Source of the DNA: an uncultured delta proteobacterium
Lineage (GTDB): Bacteria > Myxococcota_A > Polyangia > Fen-1088
Reading direction: 5' to 3'
Length of the DNA stretch: 64,000 nt
Assembly (NCBI GenBank): GCA_963767925.1
Contig: CAVYGB010000004.1
Coordinates: 84,371 to 148,370, forward strand
The notes below the pieces were generated by a model. That model was not told the origin of the DNA. It ran no database searches and saw nothing but the letters and a program-made list of their open reading frames with translations. This document shows positions 43,611 to 55,544 of the stretch, piece after piece. The stretch's first letter is position 1. Each line of letters starts with the position of its first letter. Both the position numbers and the translations under genes were made by a program.

Positions 43611-45785
43611 TCAAGACTTGGCCCGCTTGGCCTTCTGGCGCCAGGAGTCGGCGTCGATGTCGATGACGTGGCAGTGCTGGACGAAGCGGTCGACGAGGGC
43701 GGCTACGCAGGCAGCGCCCGGAAACACGGTGCCCCAGAGCTTGAAGGAGAGATTCGTGGTGATGGCGACGGATCGGGCCTCATGCCTGCGACTGACGATG
43801 TTGTAGAGGAGATCGGCCGACCTGCTATCGCAGGGCAAGTAGCCGAGCTCGTCGATGATCAAGAGACTGGGCGACAGGTAGCGGTGCCGTAAGGCCCGCT
43901 CCAGGGCGGGAAGCGATTCCCTGCGCAACAGATCGGTGAGGAGCGCGGCGAAGGTGGAGAAGCGGACGGAGTAGCCGCGCACGAGAGCGGCGAATCCAAG
44001 GTTCTGGGCGAGCGTGGTCTTGCCGACGCCGCTGGGCCCGCGAAGCAGGACGTTCTCGCCGCGGTCGATGAAGTCGAGGGTGGCGTACAAATGTTCGTAG
44101 AGTTTGCGATCGAGCTTATGAGGGTGATTCCAGTCGAACTGGTCGATTGGGGTGAATTTTCCGGCTCTCCTGACATCTTCGTGGGTGTGCAGCTGAGGCC
44201 GGGGCGGGCGTCCTCCGTCGGAGGGCAGGCCCAGGGGGGGCACGGACGGGGGTGGCAGGAAATGCGCACGGAAGGCGGGGGGTATCCTGGTGGTTCCTAC
44301 GCCGTCAGGAGCCACCGCCCCCATGCGCGCCGCTACGATATTCCCGGAACCTCCTTCAGACGCCACACGTTCGCGTCTGGTCCGTCGAGACCGGGCCCCT
44401 GGGTGTGGTCGCCCAAGTCAGCCCATCGGTCCGAATTCCGCGCTGTTCGGGGTGCGGATGTCGGATCCGAAAGCGGTACGACGAGCGGACTCGGACGTGG
44501 CGCCACCTCGACGCATGCGGCATGCAGATGCTGCTGCGCTACCAACTTCGCCGGGTGAACTGCCCCCGCTGTGGCGTGGTGGTCGAGGCGGTTCCGTGGG
44601 CCGAGGCCCAACTCGGGCTTCACCCGCGACTTCGAGGACCACGTGGCCTACCTGGCCCAGGTCACCGACCGGACCACAGTGTCGCGCAACATGCGCATTG
44701 CATGGCGGACTGTCGATGCCATCGTGCAACGGGGTGGTCGCTCGCCGGCGTGACCCCGGGCTGCTCGACGGTCTCGAGCACATCGGCGTCGACGAGCTGT
44801 CGTACCGCCGGCACCACGAGTACGTCACGACGGTGGTAGATCACGTGCGCCAACGGGTGGTGTGGTCCGAGCCCGGCAAGAACGCCGACACGCTCGGCAA
44901 GTTCTTCGACGCTCTGGGGGCCGAGCGCACGGCAAAGCTGCAAACCGTCACCATCGACATGTCCGCCGCATACATCGATGCGGTGACCACCCGGGCCCCG
45001 CAGGCCAAGATCGTGTTCGACAGGTTCCACGTCCAACGCCTCGCCCAGAACGCCCTGGACGACCTGCGCCGCGCGGAGGTGCGGCGCCTTGAAGATGTGG
45101 GGGAGCGAGGGGCGCTCAAGAAGACTCGCTGGCTCCTTCTCAAGAGCCCCTGGAACCTGACCGCCCTGGAGCGGGAGCGGCTCGCGCACCTTCAGCGCAC
45201 CAACCGCCGTCTGTACCGCGGGTACCTTCTCAAAGAGGCGCTGGCAGACATCCTCGGGCGCCGCCAGGTGCAGCTGGTTCGCGACAAGCTCCTGGGAGTG
45301 GATCAGCTGGGGCGTCGCGTTCTCGGCTGCCTCAGTTCAAGAAGGTGGCGGCGACGATCAAGAAGTACTTCGAAGGCGTCCTGGCCATCGTCGCCACCGG
45401 CCTCAGCAACGGCCGCACTGAGGGCCTCAACGGCAAGATCAGGGGTCATCACCCGCAGGGCGTACGGCTTTCACAGCGCCTCCGCCCCTCATCGGCCTCA
45501 TTTTCCTCTGCTGCTCAGGCCTCGTGTTGCACCCCAGTCTTCAAGTCGCCGGATCTGCTTCCATGAAGATGTCAGGAGAGCCAATTTTCCGAGAGTGGCC
45601 CGGCGGGTACGGCTGGCCAGGTTGCGTGTGTCTCGCTCTCGCCGTTCCAGCTCGACGAGCTTCTCGCAGGTTTCCACCGGGCTCCATCGACTCTGGGAGG
45701 CATGCTCGAAGAAGGCGCGCAGCGCCGACGAGCTCGCCCGAAAGCCGATGGTGCGCAACTGCACCGCGATGTCATCGGTCGGCAT
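43611..45785 (-). pseudogene. istB: IstB ATPase split by ISL3
   Basis: N-part 45583-45785 (..RRATLGK) rejoins C-part 43611-44162 (FTPIDQFDW, GPSGVGKT, LIIDELGY). Confidence 0.92.
44163..45582 (+). mobile_element. ISL3-family IS (transposase from 44323, frameshifted)
   Basis: 22-bp IR ggctctcctgacatcttc(g/a)tgg; 8-bp duplication AATTTTCC; IGVDE, IDMS, DRFHV, EGLNGKI. Confidence 0.95.
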
Positions 45786-47257
45786 CGTAGTCTCCGAGGT
45801 CGTGGGGGATGACGTCTCGGTCCGGGACGCCGTCTGCGAGCGGGACCTCGATCGGGACGGGCCGCTCGGCGGTCCGGCGATGCTTCTCGCAAAGGACACC
45901 GATCTCGCCTGGGTCGTGGGTGCCTCGCTCGACGGTTTCGGCGATGGCTTTCTGGAACACGTCCTGGCCGTAGAGATCCAGGAGCCTTGCGGTCTGTCCG
46001 ACCATGCTTCCTACGTTGCGGCCGAAGTCGACCCAGCGGGCGACGAGGACGTCGATCGCGGGGGCGGCGGCGCGCAGGCGATGCCGGGCGACGGTGGCGG
46101 TTGCACCGGGCTTGCTCTTCAGGACGCGGTCCCGGTGTTCTGCGGACTCGACTTTCTGGCGATGGCCCCACGAGCGCTCATGCTCGGCGATGACCTTGGC
46201 ACCGTCGAGGACCCGCAGGCACTTGTCGTCAGCGACCAGGGTGACTGTCTTCTCGACGTGATTGGTCGGTACAGAGTACAGGTTGGTGTCGAAGCGGATG
46301 AATGCGGTTTTGTCGACGAGGACCGGCTCGATGACGTCAGTGGCGGGCAGCGGGTCCGGCAACGGGAGCAGACGCCGTTGCTCCTCGGCAAGGCAGTCAG
46401 CGATGGTGCGGCTGGGCCAGGCCGGGTGGCGCTGTCGGTGCGCGATCTTGGCAATGAAGTCGCCTAACTCGCGGTTGCCCTGCTCGATGCTGTGGATATC
46501 GCGCCCGGCGAGGAAGCGGTCGCGCAAGAAGCGGATCTTGCGCTCCACCGGCCCCTTTTCGTTTCCCCGATACGGGGCGCATAGACGTAGCTGGACCCTG
46601 AAGACTCCGGCCAGATCGAGCAGCAGCGGATGAAAGCGCACGGCGGCGCCATCGCGTTCGAGGACCACGATCTTGGGATTGTCGAAGAGCCACCGTCTTG
46701 GCGATCCGCCCAGAGCGCTCCAGCCACGCACCAGAGAGCGCAGCAGCGAGTGGGAGGTGGTGTCGAAGCAGAACTCTCCCCACATCGCCCGCGACCACGA
46801 CAGGACCATGATGAAGAGCCACAGCGATCGGCTTCCGCCGCCCGGTACGGCAACGTGGCCCACGTGGGCCCAGTCGATCTGGCCCTCCTCGGCGCAGAGG
46901 GGATCCAATCGCAGGAAGGCCTCACGAACAACGCCGGGACGCACGAGCCTTACGTAGCGACGTACCGAGCGGGCGCTGCCGGTGAAGCCGCGTTCGACCA
47001 GCATGTCGTGGACTCGCGTCGAGCGCAGGCGAGGATACCGATCGAGGGTCTCCTTGATGAAGCCGGCGTAGGGCCCGAGCAGCAGGGGCGGGCGATCCTT
47101 GGGGCGCTCATCGGCCTGACCCTTCCCTGACGATGCCCAGGACGCGACGAACCACGTCCTCGTGGACGCCCAGCTGTGTCGCGATGGTGCCAAGGCGCCA
47201 GTGCTCGACGCCGAACAGGCGAGCGATCTCGGCTTCTGTGGCCGGCGAGACCGTCAT
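45772..47257 (-). CDS. istA: IstA DDE transposase (frameshift near 47130)
   Basis: GQIDW, LFDNPK, EKGPVER; start overlaps the upstream stop (ATGA). Confidence 0.9.
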
Positions 47258-47631
47258 CGCTGGGCTCCATCGACCAAGAAGGCCAGCTGGCGCAGATCCC
47301 GGAAGTCACCGATGCCCGGAATCTTTTTGCCCCGGCGACGCGCGCGCGGCTCGATCAGCGCCACATCGAAGAACACGCTCCGGCTGGCGCACCCGAGGTC
47401 GTCGACGAGGCCCAGGTAATAGGACGCGTCCTGAGCGTCCGCAGACAAGGCAACGTGCAGCCGGGCATCGAGCCATAGCGAAAGCCCCTCGAGCAGCGTC
47501 GCTGCGGCCCGCCCGTGTCTTATCAGGCGCCCCGGGGGCAGCTGCGCTCGCATCAACTCGTCCGTCCCGTCGGTCAGCAAGATCCGCGTCCGCGTCTCCG
47601 CGGGGGCTACCGTCAGCGTGTATCGGCTCAT
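47254..47631 (-). CDS. Small hypothetical protein inside IS21
   Basis: 125 aa; GGA RBS-like sequence; stop coupled to the istA start. Confidence 0.65.
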   Translation of the reverse strand: MSRYTLTVAPAETRTRILLTDGTDELMRAQLPPGRLIRHGRAAATLLEGLSLWLDARLHVALSADAQDASYYLGLVDDLGCASRSVFFDVALIEPRARRRGKKIPGIGDFRDLRQLAFLVDGAQR

Positions 47632-47989
47632 GGTCCTGTCCTTCGCCGCTGGTCGCGAAGACCTGCACCGTGAAGGCGATCGGACCGCGCGGCGGAGCAC
47701 ATGGAGCCAGCAGCGCAAGTTTCTCGGAACCCGTATCCGTCACGCGCTTCGGCGCAGCCGGGGCGCTCGCGCGGGCGACGTAGGCGCGCTGACGGTCACG
47801 GTGATCCAGTCGGCCCTCGGCGCTTTGCTGGTGGCGAGCGTTGGCGGCCCGTCGTGCGCGCAGGTGCCCTTGTCGTCGACAGGAAGGGCGGCAGTAGGAC
47901 TGACCTCGGAAATCCTCGGCACAAACGAAGAACCTGCCTCCGCAGATCCCGCAGATGAGCTGGTGCAAATCGACTGTCGACCCGTCCAT
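47306..47989 (-). CDS. Cys-rich hypothetical protein inside IS21
   Basis: CGICG..C..D.RGQSYC..SC, basic helix, VTDTGS, C-terminal CLVCGR. Confidence 0.65.
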   Translation of the reverse strand: MDGSTVDLHQLICGICGGRFFVCAEDFRGQSYCRPSCRRQGHLRARRAANARHQQSAEGRLDHRDRQRAYVARASAPAAPKRVTDTGSEKLALLAPCAPPRGPIAFTVQVFATSGEGQDHEPIHADGSPRGDADADLADRRDGRVDASAAAPGAPDKTRAGRSDAARGAFAMARCPAARCLVCGRSGRVLLPGPRRRPRVRQPERVLRCGADRAARASPGQKDSGHR

Positions 47990-48235
47990 CCGACCGAGCG
48001 ATCAGTCGGAACTGGACGGTGAACCGCGCTCGGGGCATCGTGCCCCTTGCGCGTCCATCCGCGCCAGGGGTCCGGGTGGCAAGACCCGGGCCCCCACCTT
48101 TCCTCTCGCTCAGCGGCTCGTCTATCTCCGCCGCGTCCCGGGGGCCAATTTTTGGACCCTACCCCGGGATAGCTGGCTCTTCACGTCTGCCGGGGGTCAG
48201 ATTTCCGCGGATTCTGGTGGCCGCCTACAGGCAGC

Positions 48236-48560
48236 CTCGTCCTCTCCGTCGAGCAGCGAGCGGCGCCCTCCATCTCCGCCCTCGGCCTCGACCTGCACGC
48301 CGACGGCGACACACTCGCGCTCCGCATCGCCGAAGGTAAGGCGGCTGACTCGTCCCTCGAACCTGAGCTTGCCCTCGCTCCCCCGGATTCTGATCGTCCA
48401 CGCTCTCGCCGCTGCACACGGCCCGGTCCCCATTGCCGAGATCCGCGACGCCTGCAAGATCCGCAACGCGCGACTTTACGAGGCGCTCGCCGAGCTCATC
48501 CGCACCGGCCGGGTCTTCAAGGCCGACGGCGGCTACGTCCTCACCCAGCCGGCGCCGTAG
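48236..48560 (+). pseudogene. 3' remnant of an AAA/RepA-like ATPase gene with C-terminal wHTH, target of the IS21
   Basis: Removing IS21 joins DSNLYLRRSHDGS (43530-43568) in frame to LVLSVEQRAAP; wHTH-like end after a further frameshift. Confidence 0.55.
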
Positions 48561-48858
48561 CTCCTGATTCTGACCAGGCCCTTCCCACTTCCGCGCCCGC
48601 TCGCCCCTAACACCCGCCCCGGAAGAGGAATCGGGAAGCGCGCGCGCCATCAGGCCTCGGCCGGAATCACGACCAGAGTTTGGACAACACCACGCCCATA
48701 GTTCGAGTCGGAACATAATGCCGCGTTGTCAGGCCCGCCAGTCCCGTGCGACCTGCCCGTGCGTCCTGAGCCCCCCTCTACGAGCGGTCGGCAAGCACCG
48801 ACTTGACGGTCAGCCCGCGACGACGAGGTCGGGGACCACAATACGGGGCTCATGAATC

Positions 48859-50392
48859 GGGGTCCCCAACAGAATCAGTGGGTGATCTGAGCCCCGTGGA
48901 GGGACGGTCCCGCCCGCCGCGCACTGGATGATGCGAGCGTGCTCGGGCGGGTAAAGGGTTCGCGCGGCGGACCACGCCGGCGCAACGCCGCCCTTGACCC
49001 GCCCTGCGCGCGCTCAGCGATAAGCTGAGATGCGGCGGGCGGGACAGACTGGGGCGGTGACGGCCGAGGGAAAGCGGGTCCAACGGTTCCCCGAGGCGGG
49101 TATCGTCCCGGGTTGCAATGAACCCGAAGGACCCGAGGTGCAAGTTAAGACGATCCTGAATCGATGTCACCGTTTCAAGTGCTTCGTGTACGGCATCTGC
49201 TACTTCGGCGATGACGGCTCGATCCACGTGGCGGTCAGACCTCGAAGGGGCTCAGCGGCAGTGTGCTCGGGGCGCCTGCGGCCTGGCCCGATCTACGACA
49301 CGGCCAGATCGGCGCGCGGCTTCGCCTTCGTGCCGCTGTGGGGCTTCGCGGTCTGGCTGTGGTACTGCATGCGGCGGGTGGACTGCGCCGGCTGCGGCGT
49401 CACCGTCGAGAAGGTGCCGTGGGCGGACGGCAAGAACGCCACCTGCAATGCCTACCGGTTGTTCCTGGCGCGCTGGGCACGACGGGTGTCCTGGAGCGAG
49501 GTTGCTCGGATCTTCCGGAGCAACTGGGGCGTGGTCTACCGAGCCATCCGGTGGGTGGTGGACTACGGCCTCGCGCACCGTGATCTCGACGGTATCGAGG
49601 CCATCGGCGTCGACGAGATCGCCGTGTGGAGGGGCCACAAGTACCTCACGGTCGTCTACCAGATCGACCAGGGCGTTCGCCGACTGCTTTGGGTCGGCAA
49701 GGAGCGAACCGTCGAGAGCTTCCGCGGCTTCTTCGCGATGTTCGGCAAGGCACGCGACAGGGCACTTCGTTTCATCGCCAGCGACATGTGGAAGCCCTAC
49801 CTGGACGTCATCGCCGAGTTGGCCAGCCAGGCGGTGCATGTCCTCGACAGGTTTCACATCGTCGCCAACATGAACAAGGCCGTCGACGAAGTCCGCGCCG
49901 GGGAGGCTCGCGATGTTGTCCGCCAAGGCTATGAACCGATCCTCAAGCATACCCGTTGGTGCTTTCTCAAGCGCCCGGAGAACCTCAACGACGCTCAGCG
50001 CGCCAAGCTCGCCGACGTCCTCAAGTACGACCTGCGGTCCGTGCGCGCCTACCTGCTCAGGGAAAGCCTCGAGGCGTTCTGGAAATACACCACCGCCGGC
50101 GCGGCTGGCTGGTTTCTCGACAAGTGGTGCACCCGTGCGCTGCGGTCCCGCCTCAAGCCCATCAAGAAGTTCGCACGCTCGCTGCGCCGCCATCGCGACC
50201 TGATCCTCAAATGGTTCGTCGCCAAGAAGGAGATCTCGGCCGCCGCCGTCGAGGGGCTGAACACCAATGCGAAACTCGCACTCAGAAAAGCGCGGGCTTT
50301 CGCACCTTCGAAGTCCTCGAAACGGCGCTCTATCACGAACTCGGACGGCTACCCGAGCCCCCGGAGATCACCCACAGATTCTGTTGAGGGGG
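48859..50392 (+). mobile_element. ISL3-family IS (transposase about 49138-50387)
   Basis: IR core caacagaatc.gtggg at both ends; 8-bp duplication CATGAATC; IGVDE, SDMWKPY, DRFHI, VEGLN. Confidence 0.92.
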
Positions 50393-50466
50393 CATGAATC
50401 GAACGCTAACGAAACCACAACCGCCTCCACGGAAGTAGCCAACTCCGGGCGCGGTCGGAGCTTTCC

Positions 50467-51153
50467 TCAATCCCAGATTAGTGTTGCGACGTCGAACGCA
50501 AGACCGAGGGACACGCTGACTTGCCCCCCCGCGTTGAATCTGGGGGTCCCAGCCGCCTGAAGCCATTTCTTTGGGCCACTATATCCCAGGAGCAGAAATG
50601 CCGGACCGTATCCCACTCCAGCCGAACCCGACCACGCGCGGTGTCGCTCCGAGTACAGTAGGCCTCGATCGTTGAGAACGTATTCGGCAGGGCCCAATCC
50701 TCCGCCCAATATGATTGAAACGCGAGAGTCGACAAGCTTTTGTTGCACCCAAAGCGATGCTTCGTAGGCGCGTACCTGGGTCCACCGTGTTCCCTCGAAC
50801 AATATGTGGTTGTTTTGGAAGCGGTAATACCGGCCTAACGCGACTACCCGAATGCGGCCCGATGACACCCCTGCTCCGGCGCCGGCCGAAATCAGGCGTC
50901 CAAGGGAAATGAAACCGGCATTCGCCACAATTGGGAAAGCCGGTCTTACGCCGTTAGGGGACAAAGCTGAACTGCCTCCGCTGTTGGCATTCGGGTTTGC
51001 CTCGGGTGGCACCACATTCCCATCGGCGAGGCAGATTCGGAAGAACCCCATAGTGGCTGCGGTCGAAACCTCTGCCAGCAGGAAGAAGACTAGTATTACG
51101 GCCTTCTGCCGTATACCAATCATGCACCGCCGGCGCGCTGGAGCAGTATTCAT
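50467..51153 (-). CDS. Exported protein, possible outer-membrane beta-barrel
   Basis: Signal-like segment; alternating Gly/aromatic strands; ends VSVSLGLAF; start 51153 or 51123. Confidence 0.45.
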   Translation of the reverse strand: MNTAPARRRCMIGIRQKAVILVFFLLAEVSTAATMGFFRICLADGNVVPPEANPNANSGGSSALSPNGVRPAFPIVANAGFISLGRLISAGAGAGVSSGRIRVVALGRYYRFQNNHILFEGTRWTQVRAYEASLWVQQKLVDSRVSIILGGGLGPAEYVLNDRGLLYSERHRAWSGSAGVGYGPAFLLLGYSGPKKWLQAAGTPRFNAGGQVSVSLGLAFDVATLIWD

Positions 51154-52719
51154 TGCTGCGCTGGGCGGTTCTCGCGAGGTTTCTCTCTACGTTCCTGCAG
51201 CCTACGACGGGCCGCCTCTCGCTCGGCCTCGCCGATGCCTTCCTCCTCGGCCCACGTTTCCAAAGGTTGCAACTGAAAATCTAGCTCAGCTGCCTCTACG
51301 AGCACCCTTTCATCCCGTGGATTCCCGATCGCATCCCTCCGTTCACGCAGGCCTACGAGGCGCTCAATTTGAACGGCACGGATTTCCTCATCGGAGAGCC
51401 CTATGGGCAGTGAGGTACCCGTCCCCGGCGCTCCGACGAGGGAGCGAGGAGGCTCGCTCGGCGGATCCACCGCACTCGGGCTGAAACCCGATGGCGGCTG
51501 GTCGAGCCGAGCGAATTTGAGTGGCTCGGGAGGCTCCATAGCGATTCTTTCGTGCGGCGGCATCCAAGCTTTCTTCGGTTGGTAGGTTATCGCCCAGCTC
51601 GATGTCAACCCTCTTGCCATCCTTCCATCGAAACGGCCGTTTCGGGCGCAACTCTGATGTCCGTCCACTGTTCAACAGTGCTCGTTGAAGTTGCGAAAGG
51701 TCCTTGTCTGAACCCAATCGATCCACGATGCGTTCGCCATCGAGGCGAGAAGACATCTCCACGAGGTGGTCGATGACGCGCTCAGGAGAATCGCCGCGCC
51801 TGAGTCGGAGTTCCAGGCCACGGTAAAGCGGCTCGCCAAACCAAACGTCCTTCTCCGAGGCTTTGAGGTATGATTCTATAGCGTCGTCCCGACGTCCTTT
51901 ACGTTCAAAGAGGTCGGCAAGCAGGTAGTCGTCGGTCCCTGACCGCCATGGACCAGCGTCACTCAATGCGCGCATGGCTTCGTCGTGCTTTTGAAGATAG
52001 TAGGCGGCGCGGCCGAGAGAAGCTGAGTACTCGCGATAGAGAGTATTGTTCCGAAGAACGGACCGACTCAATCTCTGGAAGACCTCGTAGGCTTGCGCGT
52101 AGTCTTCGTTGGTAAACATCTGATTGGCGACCGAAGCTAGGCCGCTACGCAGTTCCTCGCGTGCGCCGTTGTCTATCGCCGGCTTGCTCAGCGCCTCGCC
52201 GATCTGCGCTGCCTGTTGCAGATACTCTCTTGAGCGCCTCGTTTGTTCAGTACCCGGAGTCGACTGGAAGTTCGCGCTATGCGAACCCTGTCGCTCAGGG
52301 GGCGTTGGCAACCGAATGGCCACTGGTGTCTCGGCCTCGGAGCTTCCAGTGCGATCGCTAACCTTGACGCGAACTCGCGCCGCGCCTACAAAGCTTGGCG
52401 CCAGCCATTTTGCGGACAGGGTAGGACGACCCGCTATGCTGCCGGCGCTGTGAGACCATAAGACCTTGAGCACGCCTTTGCGTTCTGCCCCCCGGCGTAC
52501 ACGGGCAGTGATCGAGGCGACCTTACCTGCCTCTACCACTGGCGCAGTTGTTATGGAAAGCACTTCCAAGGTGTTTCCCGGAACTACTTCGACCTCGTGC
52601 GGGGGGACGATTGACTCGCGCGGATCTGCTGAGCGCTGGTCGGCGCGGTGTACGAAAACCAGAGCTGCCAGGCCACCAAGCGCCGACACAGTGGCACCCA
52701 AGGCAATAAGCTTCTTCAT
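51150..52719 (-). CDS. Membrane-anchored Ig-like + TPR protein (probable frameshift near 51.55-51.65 kb)
   Basis: N-terminal TM; WSHSAG..WLAP..VKVSD Ig/PKD-like; TPR helices; ATGA overlaps at both 52716-52719 and 51150-51153. Confidence 0.6.
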
Positions 52720-53237
52720 GGCATCACGATCCAATCTCGCAACTGGTTGGCCGCGCCTGACGGTAGAAAGCTATGAACGCCGTTTACCGTATTCCTCCAG
52801 ACTCCCGCCCAATACGGGTTCTGGATGGGAATCTGATAGTTTTCGTAACAACCCATGTCTACGGCGAATTCGTTCGCCGTAGACAGGGCGGTTATGCCAA
52901 GGGCGGAGTCCACCGAAATAAACGCCGGCTCCCATAGGAGCTCGAAAGAGAAGAATCCAAAGCAATCGGGTGCCCAAGTAGGAGGGCGCGTATTGAACTG
53001 GCTCTTGAGCAAATAGCGAGAGCCCGCATTACAGTCGCGTGGTGTTGGCATATAATGCTGATCGGGAGAGCAGACAACGCCGTCATAGTGAAACTGCGCG
53101 AGCCTGCTTGCTGGCCAAGGCGGACCGAGCTTGGTGTGACCGCCGGCCGGGTCACTGTCGCCGAACGCAAAGGTGTAACCCGGGACGGTGGGCCAGCCAA
53201 GTTGGCTGAAATACTGAGTGTGCAAGAGGCTTAGAGG
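52716..53237 (-). pseudogene. 3' fragment of a gene truncated by IS4
   Basis: Open frame runs from the IS4 boundary to a stop coupled with the next ATG; no own start. Confidence 0.6.
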
Positions 53238-54697
53238 CAATGCCGGTCGGTTAAGGGTTGGCATGATCGGGGCGTTTTCGCGGGAATTTGCTCATCTTGA
53301 TCTTCACGGCTCGAGGGTATCGACGTGATCGGCGCCGCTCTGGAAGTATCAAGCGCGTGAAGATGTCCCGCATGTTCTTCAGTCTGGCCGGCAAAGCGCC
53401 GGGCGAAGCTACCGCACACCAGGACCAGGTATCGCAGATGATCCGAAGGGCGGTGACGAAGCTGATGCGCGTGGGCTCGACGCCGAGCTCGGCCGCGGTA
53501 CGCGCCATCTCGAGACGAACCAGGTTGTACGCGAGAAGGATGCCCCAGGTTTCCTGTTCCACGCCAGCTACAGTTCGGCTTCGGATGCTCTCCAGGCGGT
53601 CGAGCATCTCGGTCTTGATCTCGTCAAACCCGAGTTCCAGCTCCCAACGCTCATGATAGAGGCCAACGACCTCTTGGGTTGGGTACCTGTCGGAGTCGAG
53701 CATGGACGTCAGCAACGTCTGCGGCTGAAAGCCCTTCATTTGATAGCGGATCGCACGGGCCAGGTACGTCTTTGGCAAAGACGGATCGTAGCCCTTGGCC
53801 TGGGGAGACACGGTGAGTTCCACCAAATCCTCCTTCTTGGACAGGGAGCGCACGACCTTCCATTTCGTCGTGGACTTCGCGCGGGTCAGCCAGTGTCGGT
53901 TCTGGCCATCACGCGCCAGCGGAATCAGGATACCGGCTGCAAGGAACCCGCGGTCGACGACCACCAAAGAGTCGTTCGGGACGGATCGCCACAATCCGGC
54001 GCTCAGCACGATCTCGCTGTCTCTGTACGGGCCAAATGCAGCCGCGGCGAGGATGTGCGAGCGGAGGGTCATTAGAGCTGCGACCCGAAGGAGCGGGTAG
54101 CCGCTGTCGCCTCTATCGCCGCTGGTTCCGCCGAAGTGCGCGCGATTCTCGGGCGAGTCCGCCACGCGAAGGGTAGAGCCATCCACTCCGTAGACAGCAA
54201 GGCCGCGCCACGCCTGCTCGCGCGCGCTGGCATGCGCCCATTTCTCGGCGCTCATCTCGAAGATGCGCTCGAGGGGAGCTGCTCCGAGCTCCTGTCGTGC
54301 CTCGACCACGGAGCTGGGCGCGACCGAAGCCGTCGGCCCCGGCAAAACGAGGTCCAGCTTCCCTACCAGGTCGTGGATCGGGAACTTTCGGAACAGCGCC
54401 ATTCCAATCACCAACCACACGACCTGCTCCGCCGGCAGCCGCCTCTTCCTCACAGTGGCCGTTCCCGTGGCCTCCAACGCAAGTGCGACCCAAGCGGGGT
54501 CGATGTGTTTGCGAACGTCCGCGAATTGCTCGGGAGACGTAAACGCGCTAACCGCTTTGAGAGAGTTTTCGAGGTGCATGGGCTGGTTCCAAGTGCACCG
54601 CCATAATGGAAAAACTCTGGAGTAACTTCTATTACTATTTTCTCCACAGGAAAACCGGATCAATTTCGATCACTTGGCCGCTAACCGATCGGCATTG
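53238..54697 (-). mobile_element. IS4-family IS, transposase apparently intact (53251-about 54579)
   Basis: IR caatgccg.tcggtta; GVDGS, VDRGF, YHERWELELGFDEIK (YREK motif). Confidence 0.93.
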
Positions 54698-55544
54698 GTG
54701 CTAAGTGGACGAGTCGTCCGACGCCACCCCAATTCGTCGCACTGGTTGCTTGATCTAATACAAGGACGATGGGATACGCCGGCGGCGGCACGTTTATCGT
54801 GCAGTTTAGTGGGAGATTGAACACCTGGCCACCACGCGGCTGACCCATGAAGTCATTGGCGGCTACAAAAGCAACGTGGCTGCCCGACGCCGGTCGACTA
54901 AACGCCATGGACGAGCTGTCGGCGACGGCAATGGGCCAATTGAACGAGACTGGGTGCGCGACGGTGCTCTTTGTCCACTGATATCCAATTGTGGCGCTAT
55001 TTCCGCGGTCATTAGGCGCATAGCCAGCCTGAACACGGGCGTAGTGAAACTCAAATCGGCCTGACGGAAACAACTTCACTTCGAAACTGTACCAGTACCC
55101 TGGTTGACCGTATGGGTTCACATTCCACCACTCGACGATATAATGGTCGCCGACTGGTCCTGCCCAGATTTGTCCTCCGAACTGATTTGTCCAATCGTCC
55201 CAGAGGGGAGCAATTATCCGCTCGGCCGTGCCAAAGCTACTCCGGCTAGCTTGCCAATTGAAGGCGGCGTTGGTCCAGCTGAGTGAGCCGCCGGCACCCA
55301 GGCGGATGTAGCCATTCACGCCCACTGTAATCTGAGTGAAATATTGCCCGTAAAACGGGAACGAAAATGGCAGATTGAGGGTGGTTTCTGCGTCCTCGGC
55401 GCCTGCGAGAGCGGAAATAAGCGTGGGCGCATATTCGTACTGATATGTGTGATTGTAATTGGCATCGTAGTAGGCGTTAGCCGTAGGCGGAAACGCAAGC
55501 ATAAACACGATGAAGAGGAACGCGCTTCTTCCGAAGTGAGTCAT
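54698..55544 (-). pseudogene. Secreted NIDO-like domain protein, 3' truncated by IS4
   Basis: Signal peptide ending TANA; LPFSFPFYG, VNGYI, IAPLWDD, FEVKL, ATIG. Confidence 0.7.

Larger units (their letters stand above)
43569..48229 (-). mobile_element. IS21-family element with two extra ORFs; contains an ISL3
   Basis: Ends tgtagccggcca / tggccgcctaca (11/12 IR); 6-bp target duplication GGCAGC at 43563-43568 and 48230-48235. Confidence 0.92.

Noticed and set aside
48650..50470. A gene interrupted by the second ISL3
   Set aside because: Joining the flanks gives a short open frame with no recognisable features.
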